From IMG/VR virus record IMGVR_UViG_3300042013_000056, positions 96,001 to 160,000 of that record: DNA of 64,000 nucleotides; one strand, written 5' to 3'. The notes below the pieces were generated by a model. It did not search any database. It was not told the DNA's origin and was given only the letters and a program-made list of their open reading frames with translations. The DNA is from a virus. Positions 44,699 to 53,571 of the stretch are shown piece by piece. Position numbers and translations under genes: made by a program. Every line of letters starts with the position of its first letter. Position 1 is the first letter of the stretch.

Positions 44699-44903
44699 AA
44701 AGGACGGTGTTAAAAGACTTGGTTGGGAATTCTTGCAGGGTTACATAAGACATCCAGCCACCAACTTCGGTGTGGGATACTGTGTAGATAGCGTTCAGTT
44801 CCAGAACTTCGCGAGCGGCTTTGTTTTGTGTTTCATAGCCGCTTCCACCCGGTGTAAAGCGTACTTTCGTACCTGCACGGGCGTAGATATCCATACTACT
44901 CAT
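44670..44903 (-). CDS. Hypothetical protein
   Basis: Probable start MSSMD; the longer ORF overlaps a tRNA. Confidence 0.55.
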   Translation of the reverse strand: MSSMDIYARAGTKVRFTPGGSGYETQNKAAREVLELNAIYTVSHTEVGGWMSYVTLQEFPTKSFNTVLFESVDESSL

Positions 44904-44934
44904 TACGAATTTTTCATTTCTCTTGTTTATAATT

Positions 44935-45012
44935 TGGTGGGCCTTGTCGGACTCGAACCGATCTATCCTTCGCTTATGAGGCGAACGCATTTACCAATTA
45001 TGCTAAAGGCCC
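44935..45012 (-). tRNA. tRNA(CAT), Ile2-like
   Basis: GGGCCT acceptor, TTCGC-CTCATAA-GCGAA, CCA. Confidence 0.88.
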
Positions 45013-45018
45013 GAATGT

Positions 45019-45544
45019 GGTTTGATGGTGTGCTATTACGCCAAAAGAGAGTTATGCCTTACCGTTTCCGGGGTGCCATCCTACTGCCAGTATTGGGTTC
45101 GTCTAACCTGCTTCTGATTGCCGTGACCGGTCAACCCGACATAGTACGAATGATCCAATACCTTGCTCTACTCATTATAAGGTGGCTGCTTCTAAGCCAA
45201 CTTCCCATCAAACCTACGGGTGTTGCGGGTTAATCGCTGGTGTGTTATGACACCAAATGCTCTACGGGTCTTGCATGGCGTTAATGGAACGGTATCTGTA
45301 CTTGCCAGCCTTTTCAGCCCTTATCCGTTTCGGACTGCCATTTTAAGTCGAGGCTTCGCCCTCTAACATAAGACCCAGATCATCTGCATGCACGGATGTC
45401 TATTAGTCTATTACCATACAAATTGCACTTGTTCTTCCCCGGTGGATATACGGATTCAGCTAGGATCGCCTACACACGTTTAAACTTCTGACGGTTCCAC
45501 TCGCAACTCATTAAAGATGGCTACCTTTAAGCCAACTTCCAGCG
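45019..45544 (-). ncRNA. Large structured ncRNA with two 23S rRNA H43/H44 (uL11-binding) mimics
   Basis: GTTGGCTTAGAAGCAGCCACC...GCGTAATAGC and GTTGGCTTAAAGGTAGCCATC...GTGTCATAAC, each closed by a helix; no ORF. Confidence 0.8.
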
Positions 45545-45548
45545 TTTG

Positions 45549-45701
45549 TTACTCTGCCAAATCTGACAGTTTAATAGTCGAAGCGTACTTTATAACGATT
45601 TCAATTTCGTTAAGTTCCAATTCTTCTTCGAGCATTTCCATTGACACAAAACCCGTAGCGTAACCACGGGCAAGTGATTTCAATTCTTCGTTGCTGATCA
45701 A
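45549..45701 (-). CDS. Small acidic hypothetical protein (50 aa)
   Basis: TTG start overlapping the upstream stop; MISNEELKSLARGY...DLAE*. Confidence 0.45.
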   Translation of the reverse strand: MISNEELKSLARGYATGFVSMEMLEEELELNEIEIVIKYASTIKLSDLAE

Positions 45702-46153
45702 CTCTCAACCTCTTGACTTCCCCACACCAATGCGTGGTTATCCCAAAAATGTTTCGCCTGCATGTATTCATCTGGTGTACGAATCGATTTATCAAACAGT
45801 TCTTTTTCGGCAACTTTGCCAATGAAACTAGTCAACAGTTTGAACCGACGACCAACACGCTTCATGATCACTGTTACATGACTTGAAGGTTGTTGTGTTC
45901 GGTTCAGAACAAATCGAGTCTTACCCGGACGACCCGGACGCTTGGCATACACAATGTCGTCGTAGGCTGTAGTTTCCACGCAATCAGTTACTCCAATGAT
46001 CCGGCCCATGTCAATTGCCGTTTTAACAAAAACCTGATCTTCAAGGACCATAGTTGGAATAATCTGTTTCAGGAAAGGCATGACCGATTCATGCATTTTC
46101 ATGTGTTCACGGTCAATGTCTACTACGATGCCATCGGCGGTCTTGATATGCAT
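45698..46153 (-). CDS. Hypothetical protein
   Basis: 151 aa ORF. Confidence 0.65.
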   Translation of the reverse strand: MHIKTADGIVVDIDREHMKMHESVMPFLKQIIPTMVLEDQVFVKTAIDMGRIIGVTDCVETTAYDDIVYAKRPGRPGKTRFVLNRTQQPSSHVTVIMKRVGRRFKLLTSFIGKVAEKELFDKSIRTPDEYMQAKHFWDNHALVWGSQEVES

Positions 46154-46196
46154 AAATCACCATGTGTTCTGTTTGATGGAACACATGGTAATGTAT

Positions 46197-46694
46197 TTAG
46201 GCGTTTGCTGCAAGACGTTTGTGAACACCCTTACGGGCTTTCAATGTGTCCCGGTCTGCAACCGTTGAACCACACCACGCATCTGGTTTCAGCTTCGGTT
46301 TGAAACCGAATGTACCCAGAACATAACCAACCGCTTCCTTGACGGCGACGTTTGATTTGTGCTGTGGGTCTGGGTTCAAATCCAAATGAATTTCGAATGG
46401 TCTGCCTTCAAGGTGTTCAACGATTTTGTACGCAACATCAATTGCTTTGTACACTTCGTTCATCAGACGACCTTTGATATTTCCATACCAAGGTTCGATA
46501 CTGATTTCCTTGTAGATTTTCCCACCCTTATTTCCATCATAGTGCAAGACAATAACAGTAACATAAACCACTTTGCCTTTGACTCGTTTGGAATCTGCAC
46601 CGACATAAACCTTGGTGGTCATAGACGATTCTTGAATCGCCTTGATCACATCAGGGATGTCCATTGCCTGTACGACTGTGCTTACGTTACTCAT
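46197..46694 (-). CDS. RNase H-like (YkuK/DUF458-type) protein
   Basis: VYVGADS, RLMNEV, EIHLDLN, PDAWCGSTVADR. Confidence 0.8.
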   Translation of the reverse strand: MSNVSTVVQAMDIPDVIKAIQESSMTTKVYVGADSKRVKGKVVYVTVIVLHYDGNKGGKIYKEISIEPWYGNIKGRLMNEVYKAIDVAYKIVEHLEGRPFEIHLDLNPDPQHKSNVAVKEAVGYVLGTFGFKPKLKPDAWCGSTVADRDTLKARKGVHKRLAANA

Positions 46695-46863
46695 TACTTT
46701 TTCCTTAACCTAGATGGTTTCTACGCTATTCGGCTTCATTTTTGTTGCTCCGATTGATAAATTAGTCGGAACGGTCCTTTTATTATGGTGCCTCACGTTC
46801 CAATCGGCACCCGGCCAAAGCCTACTGCCATCATCAAATCCGGTGCAGTCGCCGCTTAGGGGT

Positions 46864-47034
46864 TTAAACCCCTAAAGAAATCCACCCGAGTTGAGCTGCT
46901 GCATAGATCGCAACAAAACAACCAGAGAAGAAAGGGAATGCTTTCAGCATCAATTTGTCGATTAAACCATTTGTATCAACGGTGAATGCCACAATAACCC
47001 ACAAAACGCCAACAATAAACATTGCCATCAACAT
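46864..47034 (-). CDS. Small membrane protein (56 aa)
   Basis: Manual translation MLMAMFIVGVLWVIVAF...LGWISLGV*, two hydrophobic segments. Confidence 0.5.
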   Translation of the reverse strand: MLMAMFIVGVLWVIVAFTVDTNGLIDKLMLKAFPFFSGCFVAIYAAAQLGWISLGV

Positions 47035-47684
47035 TAGATATCAACCTGTTCCAGAACAGAATCGAGCTTATGGAAGAATTCCAGCAGCGTTCCGTTGTTT
47101 TCAACGACGAAATCCCCGTTTTCAACGGGTAAACCTTGTTCTGTTATATGGTCGTCAGTCAAGCCGGTTTCCCGAAGAATATGGATGACGGAACCACCAC
47201 GTTCACGAACAAATTCGATTTCATGTGTTTGTCTGCAATCGACCATGACAACGGTATCATAGACTTCTTCGAGACTAAACATTGCTTTCTCAAATTCTTT
47301 GAGCCAGATATTTGTATCAATCTGATTGACGCCTACGTCAGTGCCTACAACCTGCATGATTCTGCGAATGGTCCAACCGTTATTGTCGTCTACAACCGAC
47401 CAATCGATATCCAATTCATCCATACGGTAACCGAAGTCTTCGTAGATGCTTTCAACCCGTTCAATGAAGTCTGAACGTTCGATATAAATCATGAAACTGT
47501 TGCGATCAACACCATAGCCGAACACATCGTCTCTGGTCAGGAAATCGGAAAAATGTGTTGCGATTGATTCTTTGAAGCATGCAGCCAGTGCATACGAGGT
47601 TGAACCGGATAGTTTATCCAAGATATATTGTGCGGCTGTATCTTTGCCACATCTGGCTTTAGCTGATAATGTAATAATATTCAT
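47034..47684 (-). CDS. gp1: Deoxynucleoside monophosphate kinase
   Basis: AKARCGKDTAA, RRIMQVVGTD, DCRQTHE, HITEQGL. Confidence 0.9.
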   Translation of the reverse strand: MNIITLSAKARCGKDTAAQYILDKLSGSTSYALAACFKESIATHFSDFLTRDDVFGYGVDRNSFMIYIERSDFIERVESIYEDFGYRMDELDIDWSVVDDNNGWTIRRIMQVVGTDVGVNQIDTNIWLKEFEKAMFSLEEVYDTVVMVDCRQTHEIEFVRERGGSVIHILRETGLTDDHITEQGLPVENGDFVVENNGTLLEFFHKLDSVLEQVDI

Positions 47685-47709
47685 ATTGCTTTGTAACTCC
47701 TATTGGTCC

Positions 47710-47742
47710 AGTATAACAGTCCAACAGGTTTGATTAAACATT
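47710..47742 (-). promoter_or_regulatory. Phage promoter (gp1 operon)
   Basis: AATGTTTA...TATACT. Confidence 0.78.
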
Positions 47743-48426
47743 GGATCAAACTCAGACCAGATAGCGAAGCTGCTTTGAACGCAGTGAAAAGCCCAATCAT
47801 GATTTTAGAATCATTTAAAAGCTTTTAGTCGGTTCTAATCATCAACTCACTTCGTTCGTTGATTCGCTTCGCTCAAATCTTTATTGATTTTTTATCGTTC
47901 TTCTAAAAGGTTTAGATAGAATTCACCCATTAAAGGCAAATTCCAGAAACAGTTTTACAAAAATAGTTTCAATTGAAATACGCTAGTCGCACCTGCAAGG
48001 TGGGTGAGGGTCATACTGTTCACACTTTAAACGACTGTTCTTTGGCGGAAGGAAAATGTACCCAGCGTATCGAGCGTTCAAAATCCTTGGTGTTGGTTCT
48101 GTTTCATTCCAGCGGCACCATCCTATCATATTCATTTGTATCATTCCCTAGAGTGCCGATAGAGGTTGCCCGATTCATTTGGTTATGACTTACCCTAGAA
48201 CCGTTTGATGCAACAATATCGGATAGCATGGACGCCACTCAGTGAAGGTGGGGATTTTGCTATTCGGCTTGTAATAAAACGCAGGCGAACGAACGCCTTG
48301 ACCTTACGGCCCAAAATTATTTTTGATTTTAATTAGAATGGTATCGAGAATTGGTCTGGTACGAGCATTGGGGCCGCCACGCCCCACGTCGCCTACCGGT
48401 CAGGTAGGTAATAGAATTTATCAATC

Positions 48427-48459
48427 AATGTAGCACGGGATGGCTACGGAATAAACATT
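48427..48459 (-). promoter_or_regulatory. Phage promoter firing into a non-coding region
   Basis: AATGTTTA...TACATT. Confidence 0.7.
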
Positions 48460-48463
48460 TGGA

Positions 48464-48985
48464 TCAAATCGTCACACCGGCCCCAATTTCAAGGTCGTAT
48501 GTGTCATACACAAAGGTCACGTCACATGACAAAACCTGTGGGCCAGACACGGTGGTATCGAACTGAATACCCCCTAATCTTACAGGATACAGCCTACGGA
48601 AAGTAAACACTTTCCCCATGCTTGAGTGATTATTTGTCAAAATGTGGATCGATGCGGTGCTTTCAGCTTGGCCGTATAGATTGGTTGGCTGCGGCTTGTA
48701 GCCGTCTACCAGTTCCTTGATCCACACATAAATTTCTTGCCAAGCTTCGATGTTTTCATCCATCAAGAACCGAACCGTCAGTTTTTCAAAGATCAATGCG
48801 GTTCCGGGTAGTTCCCATGACCCGATCTTTGGTGACGATGTTGCCTTGGCTGTACTTATACTTATGTCAGGTAAATCGAAGATTTGGCAGTTCCAGTTGA
48901 AAATTTTGGTATCAGGTTTATGCAGCACGAACTTATGGTTCGTGCTTGACATAGTGTTCTGAATCATGTTGGGTCTTTCGTCCAC
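48464..48985 (-). CDS. gp3: Tail completion / sheath stabilizer
   Basis: LPGTALIFEKLTVRFLMDEN...WQEIYVW, tube-like fold motifs. Confidence 0.8.
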   Translation of the reverse strand: MDERPNMIQNTMSSTNHKFVLHKPDTKIFNWNCQIFDLPDISISTAKATSSPKIGSWELPGTALIFEKLTVRFLMDENIEAWQEIYVWIKELVDGYKPQPTNLYGQAESTASIHILTNNHSSMGKVFTFRRLYPVRLGGIQFDTTVSGPQVLSCDVTFVYDTYDLEIGAGVTI

Positions 48986-48986
48986 A

Positions 48987-50747
48987 TCAATCTCCTAGAT
49001 TACGTGATTTGCTCACACCACCGGCAGGATCAGCCGATAACGGTTGTGGCACAACGGTTTGATTATTGTTGTTGACTTGCGAGTTTTGTTGAATGGCTGC
49101 TTGTCGTGTTGCTTTCTTGGCTTCTGCTTCGGCTTTCGCATCTTCCAACCCGGCTGATGCTGGAATCAAATCTTGCCCCGGCAATGCTGGTTGTGCTTGA
49201 TCCAATTGCCAGTTCTGCATCAGTTGCGCCATTTCTTCTTTCGATTTGGCTCCAACAGAAGTGCCGAACATGCCACCAGTTAAACCACGGTTTGCAAATA
49301 CAGAAGGGTCCATTCCCGGAAGGGTGTGGTTCTTACGCACATGATCTTCTGTTGCTGGGTCCAATTGTCCTAGGCCAGATTGTTGTGCCAGTTCCTGTGC
49401 GTAATTAACATACGCTTCGTCGTCTCTGGTTTTAACTCTAGCAATTGCATCAGGATCGCCCATCTTCGCCAATACGTTATCGAATACATCGAATATTTTG
49501 AACATGAAGTTTTCGAAAGTTTTGTTACCTTCAAGGTACTTGTTCAGTTCTTCACCAATCGCTTGGCCAATTTCAAATGCACCATAAGCCGCTGCACCAA
49601 CTAAACCACCCTTGACCATCTTCCCACCCATGGCACCAGCCAAACCACCAGCCGCACCGCCGAGCATCTTACCAAAGCCACCCATCAGGTTTGTAAGCAA
49701 CCCCAGAATACCAATGAACTTGGTTTCTTCTTGGGACTCATATTGTTTCTTCTGAACTTTCAACTGTTCTTTTTCGATATCAATTTCTTTCAATCGATCA
49801 CCAGCCGCTTTTTTCAGCAAAGCCTCAATACGACCAGCCGAGCCATTAGCTCTAGCCATATGCCATTTGATGTTTGCAACGTCTTTGAACAATATATCAA
49901 AGTCCGGCATCTTACCGATACCGTTATCCGCCAATAGCTTTTCAATACGACCAGCCGAGCCATTAGCTCTAGCCATATGCCATTTGATGTTGCCGATGTC
50001 TTTACCAACAGTTTTGCCGGATGACGCCTGAATTTTTTCTACTGTAGCTGCGGTTTCTTGTGAAAAGAACTCGATTGCGTGTAGATACTCAAGTGCTTGT
50101 TCGTCGCGGATTCTATTCGGCCCTTGTTCACCCAATTTTTCAACTACGTCGTTAATCTTTACAACGATTTCATCAAACGTCTGGATAGCCGGTGTCAACG
50201 AGATTGCAGCCGCTTCAAGTTTCTCTGCTGCGTTTGATAGTTTGATTACAGCCGCACTGGATGCACCAGAACCACCGACACCGCGTGTGCGACTACCCGG
50301 TTTAGGGTTGGCTGCATCGATTTCCGATTGTTCTTTTTTCTTACGGGCTTCTTCGTACTGTTCCATCAGCTTGTGTTCAACTTTACGCTGACGGGTCAAT
50401 TCTCTTTGGTAGTTCTTCTTGTCTTTCAGCGTAGCTGCGGCTTCTTGACCAATTGCACGGAAGATGGCACCAACAATTGGGATACCCCCAATCGCGTTGC
50501 CGATCCCGCCCATAACAGCCCCTCCGGCCCGCTTGGCGACACGCCCGGAAAACCCACCCGGACGTTTCATCATTGCCTTACGATTGGCTTTAGAATCGCG
50601 GATAATCAACTTATCCGCTTTTGTTGCTAACTTGTTCGACAGAGTTCTTTGTTTCTCTGACTTTGTAAATTCTTCCAATAGTTTTTGATTTGGCTCACGA
50701 ATTCGAGTCGCCAAATCTTCTAGGAAGTCATAATCATTATTGGGCAT
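48987..50747 (-). CDS. Probable tape measure / gp29-like protein
   Basis: 586 aa, helical and Gly/Ala-rich, internal repeat, directly downstream of a frameshift-type chaperone pair. Confidence 0.6.
   Translation of the reverse strand: MPNNDYDFLEDLATRIREPNQKLLEEFTKSEKQRTLSNKLATKADKLIIRDSKANRKAMMKRPGGFSGRVAKRAGGAVMGGIGNAIGGIPIVGAIFRAIGQEAAATLKDKKNYQRELTRQRKVEHKLMEQYEEARKKKEQSEIDAANPKPGSRTRGVGGSGASSAAVIKLSNAAEKLEAAAISLTPAIQTFDEIVVKINDVVEKLGEQGPNRIRDEQALEYLHAIEFFSQETAATVEKIQASSGKTVGKDIGNIKWHMARANGSAGRIEKLLADNGIGKMPDFDILFKDVANIKWHMARANGSAGRIEALLKKAAGDRLKEIDIEKEQLKVQKKQYESQEETKFIGILGLLTNLMGGFGKMLGGAAGGLAGAMGGKMVKGGLVGAAAYGAFEIGQAIGEELNKYLEGNKTFENFMFKIFDVFDNVLAKMGDPDAIARVKTRDDEAYVNYAQELAQQSGLGQLDPATEDHVRKNHTLPGMDPSVFANRGLTGGMFGTSVGAKSKEEMAQLMQNWQLDQAQPALPGQDLIPASAGLEDAKAEAEAKKATRQAAIQQNSQVNNNNQTVVPQPLSADPAGGVSKSRNLGD
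49825..49991. repeat. Perfect 50-bp direct repeat (117-bp period) in the putative tape measure gene
   Basis: tcaatacgaccagccgagccattagctctagccatatgccatttgatgtt at 49825 and 49942. Confidence 0.9.
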
Positions 50748-50925
50748 TTCTTCTATCCTGCTTATGCTTTTCTTCCTGCAACCAATTCATCAGCAACGCC
50801 AATTCAATTTTGCGTTCCCATGGATACATGAGTTCAAGTTCAGTTATGGAATATTGGTGATATTTGTGCAGACCGAAGTTTGTCTTCATGTAATTTGCAA
50901 GAGTCTCATCGGCCTGCGTGATTAG
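50737..50925 (-). CDS. gp51-like segment, probably reached by -1 frameshift from gp26
   Basis: Frame reads LANYMKTNFGLHKYHQYSITELELMYPWERKIELALL; no SD before the internal ATG. Confidence 0.6.
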   Translation of the reverse strand, partial: LITQADETLANYMKTNFGLHKYHQYSITELELMYPWERKIELALLMNWLQEEKHKQDRRNAQ

Positions 50926-51719
50926 AAAAAATCTTCTAACCCACGCAGTTTAAGTTCAGCCTCGTTGCCACAGGTCTTGCATTTAAATTCAACATTCGCG
51001 GTAATGGTTGGTGCTTCGTTGAAGAACTCAGTGATTTTCTCAAACACTTCGCCCGACATGTATTCCAAGAACTCAACTGCATCATCAACGTCATAATCTT
51101 CACCGGCTGCAAGCATGGTGCCGTTTTTCTTGTAGATCGCTTGCAAACACTTGGCGTAGATTTGAAACGCTGCATCAATGTTGTCACTTGCCAAAGATGA
51201 TTCAATTTTGGTCATTTGATCAAACGATGGGTATGTAAAAATCATCTTGTCGATGGTTTCACTGTTAACTGTAATCACACCATCTTTGATATCAGCAACT
51301 GGAATTTTCGCAGTTGACAGATCGATCTTGACTTTGTTGATATCGTTACATAGAACTGGGTTACCATGTTCATCGATAATGTCTTGACCGGTTTCATCTT
51401 TCTTATGGGCTTTACATTGGTAATGCGCAAATGATGATTTAGACGCAGACGAGTTCATGAACAGTTGTACGAACATGTATTCAACGTCAAAACTTGGTAG
51501 AGTTGAGATATCGAGGTCGTCTTTTACACAGTTTTGAATCAGTTGTGTTACTGCGTTGATAATAGCTTCACCCGAATCATTCTCGGCTTCTTTTGCCATC
51601 AGCAACAGTTTTTGTTCCTTGACCAAGAAAGACCGTACTTTGACGGTCTTCCCTTTGCTTGGAATCAGACATTTGAATTGTGGTGCGGAGCTAACCGCTA
51701 ATTCCTGCAACTTACCCAT
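50922..51719 (-). CDS. gp26: gp26-like baseplate hub / tail assembly chaperone
   Basis: VRSFLVKEQKLLLMAKE, FDVEYMF, CKTCG...LRGLEDFF*; probable start MGKLQ. Confidence 0.8.
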   Translation of the reverse strand: MGKLQELAVSSAPQFKCLIPSKGKTVKVRSFLVKEQKLLLMAKEAENDSGEAIINAVTQLIQNCVKDDLDISTLPSFDVEYMFVQLFMNSSASKSSFAHYQCKAHKKDETGQDIIDEHGNPVLCNDINKVKIDLSTAKIPVADIKDGVITVNSETIDKMIFTYPSFDQMTKIESSLASDNIDAAFQIYAKCLQAIYKKNGTMLAAGEDYDVDDAVEFLEYMSGEVFEKITEFFNEAPTITANVEFKCKTCGNEAELKLRGLEDFF

Positions 51720-51732
51720 TAATATAATCTCA

Positions 51733-52518
51733 TTAGTTACGTGCGGTACTGATAAGTCGTTTGCCAACTTCGTACCAGTGTTTAGCTTCTGTGAACACGT
51801 TGTTATCGCTGCTATCATCGTCAGTCGATTCTTTGGTCACAGCTCTCTTGAATTTGAATGTTACGTCAAAAGTTGCAAGTTCATTGTTTGTATCATAACT
51901 CAACACCAACTCCGAAACTTTAATCGGGAAGGCTTCTGCGATTTCACAGATGCTGGTTTGATTACCCTGACGGTTGTAGTACCTGACAAGAATGTTTGCA
52001 ACATAGCTGTCATAGAACCCAAATTTGTTGTTGTCCATATTGTTGGCTTTGTTCATCCAGTCCAAGAAGAACTGACGTTCCTTTTGTGAAGGTGTCATGA
52101 TGAACGTACAAACGAATGGTTCGAACTCACTACCGGTTACGATAGCGTGAGACACTTGGTCTTGAACGGTATCTGTGGTTTGTAATGTACGTCCGGGAAC
52201 GCCTACAGCTTTAACATACATACCCAAATCGTATGGATACTGTAGGTATTTATCAAGCATACTCCCCAGCCCAACAGCCCGAAGAATTTCCGGGGAGAAA
52301 AAGCCCGTCAAATGACGCGCCGGTTCTACGCGGGACAAAACTTCTTTCGTCACCGCGTCGGTTACTGATCTAAAGAGACTTGACCCAAAAAGCCCACCGG
52401 ATTTGGAACCTGTATTTGATGTGCCGATCTTCTGTGGGAATTCGACCTTGAACAAGTTTGTTCGCCCAAGGTCTTCTTTCAACACAGCCGCTCGAAACTT
52501 GTCGATGTCGATTGTCAT
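51733..52518 (-). CDS. gp54: Baseplate tail tube initiator
   Basis: DLGRTNLFKVEF, AFPIKVSEL.LSY, FDVTF; probable start MTIDID. Confidence 0.8.
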   Translation of the reverse strand: MTIDIDKFRAAVLKEDLGRTNLFKVEFPQKIGTSNTGSKSGGLFGSSLFRSVTDAVTKEVLSRVEPARHLTGFFSPEILRAVGLGSMLDKYLQYPYDLGMYVKAVGVPGRTLQTTDTVQDQVSHAIVTGSEFEPFVCTFIMTPSQKERQFFLDWMNKANNMDNNKFGFYDSYVANILVRYYNRQGNQTSICEIAEAFPIKVSELVLSYDTNNELATFDVTFKFKRAVTKESTDDDSSDNNVFTEAKHWYEVGKRLISTARN

Positions 52519-53120
52519 TAGTGTGTTTTTCCATCTGCCCAGACTTTTCGAGCGGAGTAACGCTTGCCTTCTTTGTCGAGGAATTGTTGTGTTGGTAGAT
52601 AAATTGTGTTCGCCCATTGTGTCGGACTGATTTCGATCATCTTCCCTTTTACACGGGATCGAATGTACAACTTGATCATCTTGTCTGCACCCGGATATTT
52701 CTTAACCGCTGCCCAGTTGATTTTAAACTTGGCTCTAGGGCCAATAGTCTTCTGGTTCAACAGGCTTGGATTAGCCGCTAGAAGCTTCTCCAAGAACATC
52801 TGGCGCATTTTTGGTGCGATGTAGTGTAGGTTTAAACCTAATTGGTATTCAGCGTTCACATCGAGGATCACGACCAATGGGAACTTGTCCCAATATGGCA
52901 GAGTCTTTTTGTATTTCGCATCATACACATAGGTATACATTTTCCCGACTTCTGGTTTAGCACCAACTTTCATCAGGGGGATATTTCTCACGGTCGCGTC
53001 AAACCATTTAACGCTCTTGTTGTTCTTTTGAGCGTTTGGCATTGGTGCCATTGCGGTCATTTGAGCCCGGAATTGTTCCACCAATGTTGGTTCTTTGCGT
53101 ATTCTTTGCTTAACGGGCAT
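52518..53120 (-). CDS. gp2: DNA end protector protein
   Basis: YDAKYKKTLPYWDKFPLV, GLNLHY, IYLPTQQF. Confidence 0.9.
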   Translation of the reverse strand: MPVKQRIRKEPTLVEQFRAQMTAMAPMPNAQKNNKSVKWFDATVRNIPLMKVGAKPEVGKMYTYVYDAKYKKTLPYWDKFPLVVILDVNAEYQLGLNLHYIAPKMRQMFLEKLLAANPSLLNQKTIGPRAKFKINWAAVKKYPGADKMIKLYIRSRVKGKMIEISPTQWANTIYLPTQQFLDKEGKRYSARKVWADGKTH

Positions 53121-53571
53121 GGATCATTCCGTATTTGACTAACGCTTTTTCGGTAAGGACTTTGAAAATCCAGCCACGTTCTTTGGCGAACTTGTCAGCG
53201 GCATCCCATTTAGCCCGGTTCTTTTGGTAAGTGAACATTGCTTCTCTGAACCGAACTTTTGTTGCTGGAGTTAGACGTTTCGGTTCTTTTGGAAGTTGTG
53301 TTTCATCGTAGGGTTTAATTTCCCACAGATATGTAATTCCATTTTCAAGTTCGACATAGAAGTCAATGAAGTATCGGTGTGTTCTTTGGTCATTTGGATC
53401 GCGATATGGAACAACAATTTCTTCGGAACTCCATTTCTTGACATTTGGTGTGTAGTCGCAATATTTCATTACGGCTAATTCCCAAGAACTGCGATAGGTG
53501 ATTTTCTCTACGTTCCCCTTGTACTTGTGCTTATTGTGAGGCACGTAACCACCTCTATATGTTCCTGCCAT
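53110..53571 (-). CDS. gp4: Head completion nuclease
   Basis: KYKGN..KITYRSSWE, WSSEE, HRYFIDF, EIKP, KW.AA. Confidence 0.93.
   Translation of the reverse strand: MAGTYRGGYVPHNKHKYKGNVEKITYRSSWELAVMKYCDYTPNVKKWSSEEIVVPYRDPNDQRTHRYFIDFYVELENGITYLWEIKPYDETQLPKEPKRLTPATKVRFREAMFTYQKNRAKWDAADKFAKERGWIFKVLTEKALVKYGMIHAR

Noticed and set aside
45019-45544. Group I/II intron or captured rRNA gene fragment
   Set aside because: No interrupted exon or recognisable P7/domain V consensus. The two copies diverge with compensatory changes and unrelated closing helices, unlike a recent rRNA capture.
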